Positions 38,200-51,235 of a DNA stretch of 64,000 nt are shown in pieces (position 1 is the stretch's first letter; every line of letters starts with the position of its first letter). The notes beneath the pieces are model-generated. The model was not told the origin of the DNA and made no database searches. It was given only the letters and a program-made list of their open reading frames with translations. The position numbers and the translations under genes were made by a program. Source of the stretch: Octopus sinensis (taxonomy: Eukaryota); assembly GCF_006345805.1 (NCBI RefSeq), contig NC_042999.1, positions 85,746,001 through 85,810,000 of the forward strand, given 5' to 3'.

Positions 38200-41100
38200 C
38201 ACCGACGATTGCCGATTGGTGGGGTTGCCACCACTTTAACCTATCCATTCTTGGTGGCGGAGGCACGCGTCGAACGACCAAGAGACCTGCTTAGTGGAGC
38301 GACTATGTGACAATAGATCAACCTCTGGCCTCTCATTCTCCATCAACTTTGGTACGCTCGACAGACGCCAACCTCTCTCCACCACGGGTTCCGAATGGAA
38401 TTAACCCTACCAGCCCCACCACTCGTACAACTTTCAACCCTCCCTTCATCCGACCTTCGTTCTATCCCCACTGATGGAAATAGAATTACCCTTGCCAACT
38501 CCACCACTCCCACAACTTTTAACCCTCTCCTGCACCACCCGACCTCCATTATAGCCCCACCTTCAGAACCAATGCTGCTTACCCTGCCTCCTCTGCTAAC
38601 TCACTCCCTTGACTGAGTTCCAATGCTAGCCCTCTACTGTCGGTCGATGCTAGCTCACCACCTGACTGTGCTCTCTGTGCTCACACTAGCCGTTATTTAA
38701 AGACGAATAATTGTCATCTGTGCCATGAAAATTACCACAGGAGTTGTATCCGCATCACCAAAGCTCAAGCCGAAAGTCTTCCATCCTGGAACTGCAGTCA
38801 GTGTCACTTCAGCTTCGATGCGCTCCGAGGAGACGCCTCACACTCTGACAACCAGCTCTCTACTGAGGACTTCGCTGCAGCCCTCCAGGGCCTATCTAAA
38901 TCGAAGCTCATTAACCAGATCCCTAAGGGAGCTCGGAATGGCTTTGCTCACGCGCTGTCCAGCTTGTTGAAAAACATATGTTTGTCCAACGATGCGTCCG
39001 ACTAGCAGAAACTGTTTCTGTTCCACCGCATCTCTCACCATGTGCACGAGGTGAAATCGGGCTCCCTTACATCCTCCCTTAAGCAACAGTTCCAGTTAGT
39101 TGAGTCCACCCCGACCTCTTCTCACTTCAATTTGACATCAAGCACGGTGCCTACCGACAGGCAACCGATAAACCTTAAGTGTGCAGTCAATGTCAAATTC
39201 AGCGAATTTGACATAAAAGGGGCTGTCCGTCTCCTCTCTTCTCTATCTTCCCTCGCTCCGTGTGACTCTGAGTCTCGTAGACGTCCGAAAGAGAAGAACT
39301 CCCTGATAATCAACTAAACTGGACCGATCCCCCAGAATACTTGAGACTGGTCTTCACCTCTGATAACATCAGAAAGGCGATTTCATCCTTCCCTGTTGGT
39401 TCAGGTGCGGAAATTGATGGCCTTCGGCCTCAACACCTCAAGAATGGTATCTCCTTATCGGCCGGTGACGTCAGACTTGAGCTCTTGGAGAATTTGACTC
39501 AGTTTGTAAACTAGTTCTCTTCAGCGAACGTCCTCCCTTATATCTGCCCACTATTCTTCGGTGCAAAATTATTCGGGCTCACCAAAACCAATAGAGACCT
39601 GTGCGCCATTGCAGTCGGCTGCACTTTTCGCCATCTCACTTACAATCAGTCTCTAGCTTATTGGAGGGATTTCCCCCCTCCCAGCTAGGCGTGGGCACCA
39701 AATTAGGATTTAAAGCTGCTGCCCACGCTACCAGAGCCTATGCCAACTTGCCCTCCTTGTCACCCAAGGTCATCCTCAAACTTGACCTTAAGAATGTCTT
39801 CAACTCCATCAGTCGCGATGCTGTCCTCAGCTCAATAAGAGAGATGGTCCCACAACTCTACCACCTTGCATGGCAGGATTATCGAGAGCCCTCCTATTTC
39901 TCGGTGACTAAATCCTCATCTCTGCCTCAGGAGCCCAACAGGGCTACCCACACGGGGCCGCTCTGTTTGCACGGGGCATTGATGACATCACCAAGATGGG
40001 CGTCGAGTTAGACCTCAACGTCTGGTATCTCGACGATGCTTGTTTGGGGAGACCTCCAGGCAGAGTTCTCGCCATTACAAACATAATGGTTGGGGAGCTT
40101 GGTCACCGGGGTCTGCAAGTAAACAGCTCCAAATGTGAGCTCTGAATCCCCAACCACCCGGCTTCTCAACATCAACCAACTATTTACCTTTTTGCAGAAT
40201 CCTTCCCTTTCATTGCAGTCCCTCCTCCATCAGCTTGGTGCTCTCTAGGTCCCTCAATCACTGACCTTGCCTTTGAGTCCATCTTCCAGTCGAAGGTGGC
40301 TGCCCTTCAGCAATTACTGAAAGATATTGAAGCAATCGAACTCCATCAAGGTTTTTTCATACTTAGGAATTACCTCTCGATCCCTAAGTTTCTATATTTA
40401 CTCAGAGTCAGCTCATCTTACCGATTCCCATCATGCCTCCAACGCGTCGACAACCTAATCTTTGAGAGGCTCGAATGCTTAGTCAATATCAGACTCTCTC
40501 CAACGTCCTGCGATCAGGCTGCATTGCCCAAGCAATTTGGAGATCTTGGTCTTCGTAAGTGCCCGTCCCTCTCTCTCTCCTGCTTCTCTTCCTTCACCCA
40601 CGCCTGCTCCACCCTGATGAGCAACATCCTCTCCTCTCCAACATGGACCAGTTCCAACAGGGAGTTGGATGAAGCTCTCCAACACTGATGGGAATTGGGT
40701 TTGTCTGTTCCTAAGAAGGTGGAAGACTATCGGAGTCAGAGAGCTTGGGACAACATAATTTCGAAGGCCACCTTCGACTCCCTCTTCATCCAATCGGCCC
40801 AGTTTTCAAGATGCCGCTTGCTGTCTGCTAGCGCCAAATACTCAGGTGACTGGATTGATGCTATCCCTGTGGCTAATGTTGGTGGCCTACTCAGCCTGGA
40901 AGAACTTCGTGTCTCTATTGCCCTTAGAGTGGGAGCTGACGTATGCACGGGTTTGGTCTGTCGTTGTGACAGGATTCTCGACTCCACAGGCCTCCATAGC
41001 CTTTCTTGTTACTTGAATGCTGGTCGCTTCGCGCGTCATACAGAGTTAAACCCGATACTCAAGAGGAGTTTGACCCAGGCAAACATCCCCTCCATCTTGG

Positions 41101-41640
41101 AACCTTCTGGATTGTCCAGATACGATGGGAAGAAACCTGATGGCTTCACCATGTGCCCCTGGTCGCAAGGCAGATGTCTTGCCTGGGATAACAGTTAGCG
41201 GCTTCTTTGCTTCTTCTCACATCCTGGATGCTGTGGTCAGGGCGATCCACAACTTCAGCGGCCGAGTGGAACAAAATCCTGAAGTACTGCGATCTGTCGG
41301 CCAACTACATTTTTCATCCTGGTGGGTTCGAGACATCTGGGTGGGGTTGGACCACTAACTGCGAGATTCCAGTCTTCACCGGCAACTTGCCTTGCAGAGG
41401 TAACTGGTGAGGCTTGTGTAGGCGCTTGGCCGTTCCAGTGCATCAGCCTTGCCATCACCTGTGGCAACACTGCAAGCATGCTGGCATGTCTCAATAGCCA
41501 TTAGAAAGGTTTCGCAGTGCCCCCAAGTTTTCAACCCAAGGTGGTGAATTGTTTTGTTTTCTTTCTTTTCCTCTTTTTTTCTTTTAATTTTTCCAATTGT
41601 GTTCTCTGTTTTGTCCACATGTAAATAAATTTAAATTCAT
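38200..41640 (+). mobile_element. CRE-clade (early-branched, REL-endonuclease) non-LTR retrotransposon, disrupted
   Basis: RT pieces SFP.GSG..DGLRPQHLK, PLFFGA.L, QLGVG, LDLKNVFNSISRD, QQG.P.G, WYLDD; Cys/His knuckle CRC..LD..GLH.L.C...RH; REL motif EP.GLSR.DGKKPDG...W..G...WD; 5' boundary uncertain. Confidence 0.85.
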
Positions 41641-42205
41641 GTTTTCACAATCACATACACAAAAGTCGATATGGACATTTGCCACTCGAATGTTGAAGTG
41701 CACGGCAATGTCTAAAAGGGACCATTCTACGGGATATATTTCTGATGAGTTAAAGACCAACTTTGATTTTTGATATCTTTTTCATCCATGAATTTCAGTT
41801 TTTGCTTTTTAAACAACAATAATAATAGCAACAGCAGCAGCTGGAATTCGGGAGTACAAGGCGTGGGAAATTACGGTCTGTATGTATGTGTTGTTATTTT
41901 AGCAAGAAATCTGCACTCATCCAACAGATTTGTGATTAAAAACCGTGACTAAACCGTCTATCTGGAGGAGATAATACATACCAGACAATGCTTCTCGGCC
42001 TTATAGGCTAAGATCAATATCAAATTCTAATATTATCCAACACACCCCTCTCCACTTTTAAAGGAAAATTTGAATGCTAATTCTAGTTTTCTCTCAGCTT
42101 ATAGATTTCTGTTTGCGAAAGTAGCAGCGAGTTACCTACCTTCGTTTTATCAATTTGTATTGTACATAATTCCGATGTGAATGAACAACGATTCACAAAA
42201 AAGAA

Positions 42206-42332
42206 ATGGCCAAATATTTAAATATTCACCCGAACCTAATTAAGGAAAGGAAAGGTGCCACATTCGATCCATATACATTAACTTGTTTACTGTGGGGCGG
42301 TGACGAGGTTGTAAAGCATAAAAGAAATCTAG
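42206..42332 (+). CDS. ACOX1: Peroxisomal acyl-CoA oxidase 1-like, exon 1 (MAKYLNIHPNLIKERKGATFDP...KRNL-V)
   Basis: N-terminus matches ACOX pattern NP.L..ER..A.F.P..L...L.G; 127 nt followed by gtaatt donor, phase 1 matching exon 2. Confidence 0.85.
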
Positions 42333-42904
42333 GTAATTTTTATTTTCCTTTTTTTAAAAAAGTTGTCATTGTTATTCTTTCATCCCAGTCAGCTCTGACG
42401 GAGCAGATCCATGATAAAAAGCCGTATATCTAGGACTACGTGCTCCAATGCGTCCTTGTATGAGAGCTTGACTTGTATGTCTACCAGTTTGAGTTCGTAT
42501 TTTATATTTTACTGTATTTGATTACGAAATCTTGAATTATTAATTTAGTAAAAAAAACAAAAAAACCCCCCACTTGTATGACACCGTAAAATGTTTATTA
42601 ATTTATTAATTGAGGTAATGAAAAATTGTAACGATCCGATAAAATCATTTCAAAAGTAATCACAACATAAATAAATAACTACTATTTAACTATAGTTGAG
42701 ATTATTGGGCATGGTTGATGAGCATATTCAAAACAAAAGAGACCATTGTTGTAGAAACAGAAAAGGAAGAGAGAAAAATTATGAACAGCACATCGGTACA
42801 ATGTCATTTTCAAGCATGAATGACAGCTTGGGTGCGTCACGGGCTAGCGCTCTAAAGCTAAACTGTATATAGTGTGGTGGTTTGCTGTCAATAAATAAAT
42901 ACTG

Positions 42905-43640
42905 TAAGGCGGCGAGCTGGCAGAAACGTTAGCACGTCGGGCGAAATGCGTAGCCGTATTTCGTCTGCTGTTACGTCTGAGTTCAAATTCCGCCAAGGTC
43001 GACTTTGCCTTTCATCCTTTCGAGATCGATTAAATAAGTACCAGTTACGCACTGGGGTCGATATAATCGACTTAATCCGTTTGTCCTCTCTGTGTTTAGC
43101 CCCTTGTGGGTAGTAAAGAAATAGGTATTTCGTCCTGAGTTCAAATTCCGCTGAGGTCGAATTTGCCTTTCATCCTTTTGGGGTCGATAAATTACACACT
43201 GGGTCGATGTAACCGACTTAATCCGTTTGTCTGTCCCCTCTGTGTTTAGCCCAAAGAAATAGGTATTTCGTCTACTGCTACGTTCTGAGTTCAAATTCCG
43301 CCGAGGTCGACTTTGCCTTTCATCCTTTTGGGGTCAATAAATTAAGTACCAGTTACACACTGGGGTCGATGTAATCGACTTAATCCGTTTGTCTGTCCTT
43401 GTTTGTCCCCTTTGTGTGTAGCCCCTTGTGGGCAGTAAAGAAATAAGAAAGGTTTGCACGCTGGGTGAAATGTTTAGCTGTATTTCGTCTATCTTTATGT
43501 TCTGAGCTCAAATTCCTCCGAAGTCAACTTTGTCTTTCATCCTTTTGGAGTCGATAAATTAAGTACTAGTTGCGTACTGGGTCGATGTAATTGACTGGCC
43601 CCCCGCTCTTCCAAAATTCCGGGCCTTGTGCCTAGAATAG
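42905..43640 (+). mobile_element. Tandem array of about 4 whole or partial copies of tRNA-derived SINE family 3
   Basis: ctgagttcaaattccgccgaggtcgactttgcctttcatcc recurs near 42978, 43136, 43285, 43501. Confidence 0.85.
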
Positions 43641-44439
43641 AAAAGAATAAATACTGTAGGCCTCAGGGTTAATATATAGTTTAACTCCAAGTCACCAAAA
43701 CCGGCCCCCACTCCCCCAAAAACAGGTGTAAAAGAATGTGTAGAAAACGAATATGAAAACAAAAATTTGTGCAAATGAACGGGATGTGGAGAGGACTTCA
43801 GAAAATTCACAAGATCCAATTTTTCCTCATAACTTTCAGGAAAATGTTGTTCTGTCCAGAGTCCTCTATTCTTAAAAAACTCAACGTAGTTATGATGTAA
43901 GCAAGTGCTAAAACCCCTCATAACTTTTTTTTATTTTTACGAATTTTCACAATTTTTCTCAAAACTGAAAGTCTTGCCATACACTTCCAACCACAAATCT
44001 AGCAACAACGAGGTCTGTAACAAATCATATCAGCTCTAAAATATTCTTTGAATGCATACCATCATAATGGTGGCATATGTTTAGAAAAATTGGGGGTCCT
44101 TTTTAAACATGGTCCACTGTTCCTCTGCATCTGAAAACTTAATTTATGCAATATGCTCGGAATATGGATAAAAATCGTGTAGGACAAACCAGGATATTCT
44201 TAAGCTGATGCATATCTCCACATAGATCACAAATTTAAATACTAAAATACAAGTAGAAATCAGTGAACATATAGGCACATATGCTAGTATAAACAACCAA
44301 ATTTTACCATCTTTCCCTTATAATCAATTTGCTGATGGTACATCAAAACGAAAATGCATCAGTAAAGAAACCATGATTGTAACAAAATATTACTTAACCA
44401 CATGAAAAAGGTTACAACTGTTATTAGTACTATTACTAT

Positions 44440-44453
44440 TACTGCTGCTGCTG

Positions 44454-44523
<70 letters not shown>

Positions 44524-44535
44524 CACCACCATCTC
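44440..44535. repeat. (GCT)n(ACT)n(ACC)n trinucleotide microsatellite
   Basis: Direct inspection; produces the spurious poly-Thr and poly-Val ORFs. Confidence 0.95.
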
Positions 44536-44904
44536 AGCTACTGCTTCTACAACAACTGCTTTCATAGTCTTGACTCCTACTCATAATACTGAAAGAGGAG
44601 AACACACTACACCAACGGTTTCTACCATTTCCACCACCACTACTACAATTGCTAAAGCTGCTACTAATGGTTTTATTCATGAGGCTGATACTATATTGAC
44701 CACTATCATTGCTGTTGCTTGGCAAAAGAAATTGATAGAATAAGTACCATCATCATGCAAATTCTTCCACCATTATGAAGCATTCCTAATACACGTATAC
44801 ATTATCTGGAAATCTAAAATCTGGAAAACCCCAAATTTTTTTGTGGAGGGTGGAGCTCGTCATAACAGATTTGCAAACAACTGACCACCATTACTTATTT
44901 CTTT

Positions 44905-45130
44905 ATTGCCCACAAGGAGATAAACAAAGAGGGGATAAACAAGGACAGACAAAGGGATTAAGTCGATTACATTGACCCCAGTGCGTAACTGGTACTTAAT
45001 TTATTGACCCTGAAAGGATGAAAGGCAAAGTTGACCTTGGCAGAATTTGAACTCAGAACATAATGGCAGATGAAATACCGCTAAGCATTTCGCTCGGTGT
45101 GCTAATGTTTCTGCCAGCTCGCCACCTTAG
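44905..45130 (-). mobile_element. SINE family 3, inverted copy
   Basis: ggatgaaaggcaaagttgacc...tttgaactcagaac; further copies at about 15170-15308(-), 17988-18203(-), 56750-56960(-), 58180-58330(-), 61725-61890(+). Confidence 0.8.
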
Positions 45131-45289
45131 CTGACCACCGTTACTGACTCACTCAAGTATGATGTGGCAACGCTTGGCAGGCTGGCCGCCACTTACTGCC
45201 AAGTTTAACACATTGAGAGAAGATGTCCATTTGCTATTTGCTGTCTTCGTGTTGTTTCTTGTGTCTTTGTATATAATTTACCCTGAAAA

Positions 45290-46510
45290 TGTCAAAAAGA
45301 ACTGCAGATACCTCAATGAATAACAGTGAGAAAAAGAAAAGGAAACGTTTAGCATTATCAGTAATGCAGAAAGTGGTGTTACTACAGAAACTTGATTCAT
45401 GGTGTGTCTGTGTTGCAGCTCACTGAAGAATATGGTGTTGGAGCTAGTATTGTGTATGACTTAAGAAACAGAAAGACAAATTACTGAAGTTTTATAGTGA
45501 GAATAGCGATCACAAACTAATGAAAAATTAGGAAAACACTGCATAAGGCAAAAATGAAGATCTTGACTGTGTGATGATAGGATGGATTTAACAACAAAGA
45601 AGGAAACATATACAACTGAATAGTTTGTTGGTCATGAAACAAGCTTGACTATATCATAAAGAATTGAACATTGAAGGAGAGTGTCCATATTCAGAAAGTT
45701 GACTGCAGAAATTTAAGAAGCATCATGGTGTAAAATATCTGAAAATCTTCTGAATATGAAGCTGTGGAATTTTCCATGATTGTATCTGATGAAAACCTTT
45801 CTCCTGAAAAAATTTACAATGCTGTTGAAGCAGCTTTGTACTAGCACTACATTCCAAGAAAAACCTTAACAATGACAGATGAGACAGCACCAGCAGGTTT
45901 TAAGGATGTTCAGAAGAGATTAACTATTCTTGGATGTGTTAATGCAGCAAGCACACACAAGGTGAAGTTGGAAGTGATTGGAAATAGCCAATGTCCGAGG
46001 TGTCTGAAAGGCATTGTTAATTTACCTGTGCATTATTATGTAAACAAGAAAGCATGAGTAACCTAAGAAATATTTTCTGACTGGTTCAATAATCACTTTG
46101 TACCAGCTTCATGAATGAGCTCACTGCAGGCAAGCTAGACTGGAAGAAAACTAAAATCCTATTTCCTCTTGCTGGACTTCTTGTGAAAAATTAATGTTTA
46201 TGGCATTTACTTGCCTCCCAATGTGATATCTATTTTACAGCCTTGTGACCAAAGAATTTTACACTCCGTTAAGAATGACTGTAAAAATAATTTTAGAAGC
46301 TGTGAGCTTGATGCAGTCAGTAAAGTAGTAAAAATTCGAGATTACCTGAAAAAGTTCACTGTTAAGGTACCATCTATTCAATTGCGAATGCTTGGAATAA
46401 TGTTGATAAATCAACAGTAACTAATGCTTGGCACAGAATTTGGCCAATAATGATGTTTGATGAAACTGACCCTATAGATAACAAGTTAGGAGGATTTTGT
46501 GTCACCTTAC
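45290..46510 (+). mobile_element. Degraded Tigger/pogo (Tc1-mariner superfamily) transposase
   Basis: MSKR...KKRKRL.LS..QKV.LLQKLD N-terminus; LTILGC.NAA.THK.KL.VIG.S..PRC.KG..LPVHY..NKKA; LPPN..S.LQP.DQ. Confidence 0.8.
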
Positions 46511-46519
46511 ACTAAAAGT

Positions 46520-48480
46520 TTATTGGGCAGAAGTGTGAGAAGCCAGCACTAAAGAAATGCTAAACATTGTATAGACTTTGTGGCCTGCCAACATGTGAGC
46601 ATCCAACGTAAAGTTGACCATGGGAGAACACTTGCTCTGTCAGATTTAAACCAACCATTTGCAATGATTGACCCTGTGCCTTATTTATTGTCATTGCAAA
46701 GCAGAGTTTGATAGGAAGTTGAAGCCGCTTAAACTTGTAGATTGCATTGGAGGGAGTGAGGGACATTGGAGTTATAAGAACATCTTGACCAGCAGCTGGT
46801 CCATACAAGATGGTTGTCTGCAGAAGTCGGGAGTATAATTTTTTGATTATCATCTGCGTGCCATTACACATTGGAGCATTCAAATTCTGCAGCAGTATGA
46901 TGGGTACGCCAACCTTAAGATGGAGTTCATGAGGCAAAAGTCCTGCGAGCGTTTGGAAATTAAGGAATTCTGTTGTGAAAATGGTTGTATCATCCAGGTT
47001 TTCATGCATGTCAATGGACTTGAAGGAGAGTTTTTTCCAGGAAGCAGATTGAGAAGTTTATTATTGATAGCGTCGACTGTTTTATTGTGAGGCACCAAAA
47101 TTGCTCTTCCTTGCAGCCAAGTTGTGTCAAGGCTTTGGTTTGCAATGTCAGGAAAAATGGAAGAAATCAAATCATCCATGGTAGGCACAAAGTTACCAAA
47201 TGGTAAATGGATGAAACCATCAGTATCGCCATCTGCAGTTCCATTACCAACATCAAGAAGCTGTGCTGTGTATATGGCTGTGTTTTCATCACCATGCATG
47301 TGAACTCTCCTGTTCATAGTCAGGTGAAGTTTCTTGATGAGCTGCCATAAGTAGGATAATTTTATGGAAGCATTTACCTCATTAGCTCTTGACCTCCGTG
47401 GAATGACAGGTAGAGTTTGTCGGAAGTCGCCAGCAAGCAGAACAGTCACTCCACCTATCACCCTGAATTTCTGTTGCACCGTTGCATAACTTCTGTGTTT
47501 GAACAACCCATGAAGAAAATCTGTAAGAACTTGGGTTCCTTGGTAGGCTGAGGACAAAGACTGCCTATGCAATGATAACATTGACCTTGAATCTTGAAGG
47601 TATAATGTTTCTCCTTCTTCTTGTTTGCAGGATTAACCACTAAAATTGCCGTCAATATTGATGTTGTTGATATTATGTTTGCCGTGGACATTCTTTATGC
47701 CAGAAAAGGTCATAGCGAAGCAGGAGTTATACCTCCAAATGCCTTTTTGGAATTTCTTGGCATGGTCGGGGCTGTCGAGGAGAAGATTTTTCAGAACTTC
47801 AGGTGGATCTGCGAGTGGCTGAAGTCGAACCTTGCTTCCGGAACAACAATGACCAGCTGCCTCACCTGCTCACTTCTTAGCTTGACAAAATTGTCATTCC
47901 CTGTCCATTTTACCAAGAGTCACGTCCGGGTGATTGGAGAAATCATCTGCAGGACTGTATCTAAAGCCAGCTCTCATTCAAAATGCGCCCCTTGCAGCAG
48001 CAACATTTCTTTGATGTCGACCTGCCAACCTGTTTTCCCTACCCTCCAATAATTCCTCAAGACTCAATTGCTGGCGTCAACTATGCTGGGCAGCAAGGTG
48101 GACCTCTCTTGCTTCAACAGGCTCCTCAAGGATTACGACTACGCCGGGTGGCAAGACGAGCCTGCCTTGCTTCTTCTGACTTCTCAAGGAGTGAGCACTG
48201 ATTTCAAATACGCAGGGAAGCAAGATGGGCCTGCCTTGCTTCAACAGGCTCCTCGAGTAGTGAGCATTGATCACAACTACGCTGGGCAGCAAGACGGGCC
48301 TGCCTTGCTTCAGCAGGCTCCTCAAGTAGTGAGCGTTGATCATGACTATGCTGGGCAGCAAGACGGGCTGCCTTGCTTCTGCTGACTCCTCAAGCAGTGA
48401 GCATTGATCACAACTACACTGGGCAGCAAGACGGGCCTCTCTTGCTTCTGGTGTTTCCTGAAGGGAGTAGTAGAGCACAT
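46520..48480 (-). mobile_element. Helitron Rep/helicase relic with large internal deletion (ACOX1 intron 1)
   Basis: N-terminal ETPEAREARL repeats; RYNSCFAMT and FKIQGQ.YH.IGSL motifs; PIF1-like helicase motifs LLAGDFRQTLPV, L.LKVG.P..LL.NL, CNGT, FAMTINKAQGQS, FSHGQLYV. Confidence 0.9.
48079..48465 (-). repeat. About 6 tandem copies of a 69-bp (23-codon) unit in the Helitron N-terminal coding region
   Basis: Unit ctacgctgggcagcaagacgggcctgccttgcttc... recurs near 48079, 48138, 48208, 48277, 48346, 48414. Confidence 0.85.
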
Positions 48481-50399
48481 ATGAAAGTGCAATATTTAAA
48501 TGGGATACACGAGAATGTGTGGAAGCAAAAGCGAAATGATATGAATGTTGAAAAATGTACCTGTGAATGCAACTCCCTTTCTCGCTGTTTTAGGAGGACA
48601 TTCCTTTTAGAACAGAGTATTGATCGTTTTGATTAGGCATTATCTGTAAAGATAGTTTTTACTGAGCCAAACGTCATGAGATTTTTTTAAAAAAGCACGT
48701 ACTAAGTTTAGCGAAAGTATAGTTTTTTGGAACTTGAACCCATCTCTGAATGTAAAACGTTAAGGCTTTTGAACGAAGTATTAATCTTTATCTGTTATTA
48801 TAGGTCAAAATGTATAACGATAAATAAGAAAAAAATAATCAAATGTTTCAAAAAAAACCATGCAACTTTGAAGGACACTATCAGTAAATTGATTAGAAAT
48901 AACAATAGTGAATAACCAGAAAATAAAGCTGTAAACATTTATGGGAAAATTATATTTAAGAAGTAAAGCAGAATGTACTGTCAAACTTCTGCAAATTAAT
49001 AGCAGACGTATCCAATTTAAGAAAAGTGAAGATAAAAGCTAAGCCGAGAAGTATCAAATAAATCATTCTTATACGCTTACAAAAATTTAGAGAACAAAAT
49101 TTTACTCAAGTGAAAATACTGCTAAACAACACATCTGCCTAATTAGAGAATCGATAAGAATTAGTCAATCTGCCAATTAGAAAAAGTTAATGCCAGGTGT
49201 TATTATAATTTGGCCAGCACACTGGCGTATTTTTCAACCAATTTTAAATGCCTGATATTGGGAGCAAGCAACGTTTTTGCCCAGGTGGCAATTATATTAA
49301 AAAATATGTTAACACAGCTGGCCAAAATGAAAAGTAATTTCACGTATTGTTAAGTTAAGCAAATAAAATCGGAAATTATTGAAAGTGAATGCAGGATTGG
49401 TTTGGCATTCGTTAATCTATTGATGTAATAGTAGTTTGAATTAAAGTCAGGTTTTTTACCATGTACATCAAACAATCACTAGCTTGTGTCATCAATATAC
49501 GTATAGATAAGTAAAGTCAACACAGTCACCCGAAAAAGACTATTCTTGCCCAAAAAGCGACAAAAAAACAGTTACTTTTTAAACAGCATTGTGAGAATTT
49601 TTGGTGAAAAGATTGGTTTCATTTGGTTTGTCCTGCTGATGTAGTTGATGAATCTGCTCCAGTGCGATGAAAATGTATGAATGGCTCTAAAAAATGGCTC
49701 TAAAAACCTTTTTATTATATATGACTTTAGTCAATGTAGAACATAAATAGTTGCATAAATATTTTTCATTATTTTTCTCACATTGATTTTAGTCTACAAT
49801 TCGTATAAGCTCAAAAATGCATACGAGCTTACTGGTATTCGAACCTCAGATCAAGCAATTTCAACTTGTGCAGGCTAAGTGACTTAATAAGTATCAAACA
49901 TACATGTAACCTTGAAATAGAAATCGATTGACACCTTTTGACCTTGCAGCTTGCATACATTGCTAACTTCTCATTGCATGTGAATTGATAAATCCTTCTG
50001 TACTTTTATGCTCAGCTTTGCATAAAATAGTAAAAAAAAATTGAACCCTAATTTTTTCTTCCCTTTGTACTGAAATTTTTGAAAAGCGAACCCTCCCCAC
50101 TATATGTAGAAAAAATCGCTCTATTTCATAGAACTCGTTTGATCAGAATTGCTCAAAGCATGGCTGAATGGCAGGTGCAATCACCTTTGAATGGGGATTT
50201 CCATTAAAAAAAGGTTTAATAAATTTTCTCAGTAACTATGGGGGCTAGGAAAAAACATACATATGGCAGCACAATCTATGGACCCATCTCCACCTGTGTG
50301 CCATTTTTCATGCAAATCCACCCAGCTGTTTGGCTGTGAACCTCAAGACAAGAAAGAAAGAATACAAGAATATAATGATCACCCATGTCCAATTTATAT

Positions 50400-50403
50400 A
50401 ATA

Positions 50404-50461
<58 letters not shown>

Positions 50462-50510
50462 TATATATATGTATATATACACACACACACATATACATAT
50501 GCATATACAA

Positions 50511-50546
<36 letters not shown>

Positions 50547-50560
50547 TCATATATATATCA
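50400..50560. repeat. (TA)n/(CA)n compound microsatellite
   Basis: Direct inspection; similar tracts near 14146-14190, 50905-50957, 54930-54980, 55245-55305, 62170-62225. Confidence 0.95.
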
Positions 50561-50719
50561 TATTTCTTTGCTGTCTTGAACTGCAAAGTTTGTTACCATA
50601 TTGTTCAGTACCATATTGTCCTGAAATCATCGTTTTACATGCCAATGAATAAAATAATTGTCATATGTATATTGGATTGCCATGCAGTTGAAAAGTGAAC
50701 AATGAGCATACCAGTACCA

Positions 50720-50903
50720 TATGTGTGTGTGTGTTTGTGTTTCTTGTCTGATGCATTGTGGATGTGTGGTAAGAAGTTTACTTCCCAACCACATGGTTTT
50801 GGGTTCAGTCCCACTGTGTGGCACCTTAGGCAAGTGTTTTCTTCTATAGTGCTGGGTTATTCAGAGCCTTGTGAGTGGATTTGCAAGAGAAAATGAATGA
50901 AGC

Positions 50904-50961
<58 letters not shown>

Positions 50962-51235
50962 ATGCATGTATGTATGTACATATATTTATGTGTGTGTGTG
51001 TATATTTGTGTCTCCTTGTTTTGACATTGTGTGATTGTTGTAAATGAATGTCCTTCATTTCGAGTATCCTGCATAAACATGTCTGGCCATGGGAAAATAT
51101 TGCTTTGCATGGTAACAGGGTTTGGTGATAGGAAGGGCATCCAGCCAGAGAAAAAGCTGCCCCAATAAAATTTTGTTTGACTCATGTAAATGTGGAAAAG
51201 TGGATGCTAAAGTGATGATGATAAGGATGTTATAT
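50720..51235 (+). mobile_element. SINE family 1-type head with (TA)n and an alternative tail
   Basis: tgtggtaagaagtttacttcccaacc head; tail shares aggaagggcatccagcc with RTE tails. Confidence 0.6.

Noticed and set aside
38215-38290. HDV-like ribozyme at the 5' end of the CRE element
   Set aside because: Two alternative 7-bp stems exist, but the spacing cannot accommodate the nested P1-P2-P3-P4 double pseudoknot
44359-44743. Mucin-like Thr-rich or Val-rich ORFs
   Set aside because: Products of a trinucleotide microsatellite; no splice context or homology
48079-48465. CRISPR-like array
   Set aside because: Units are contiguous 69-bp coding repeats with no unique spacers, in a eukaryotic Helitron ORF
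48500-50260. Possible Helitron 5' non-coding region or separate DNA transposon
   Set aside because: No TC terminus, TIR or ORF could be identified with confidence; left unassigned, as were 14400-14770, 25300-26400 and 62380-63630
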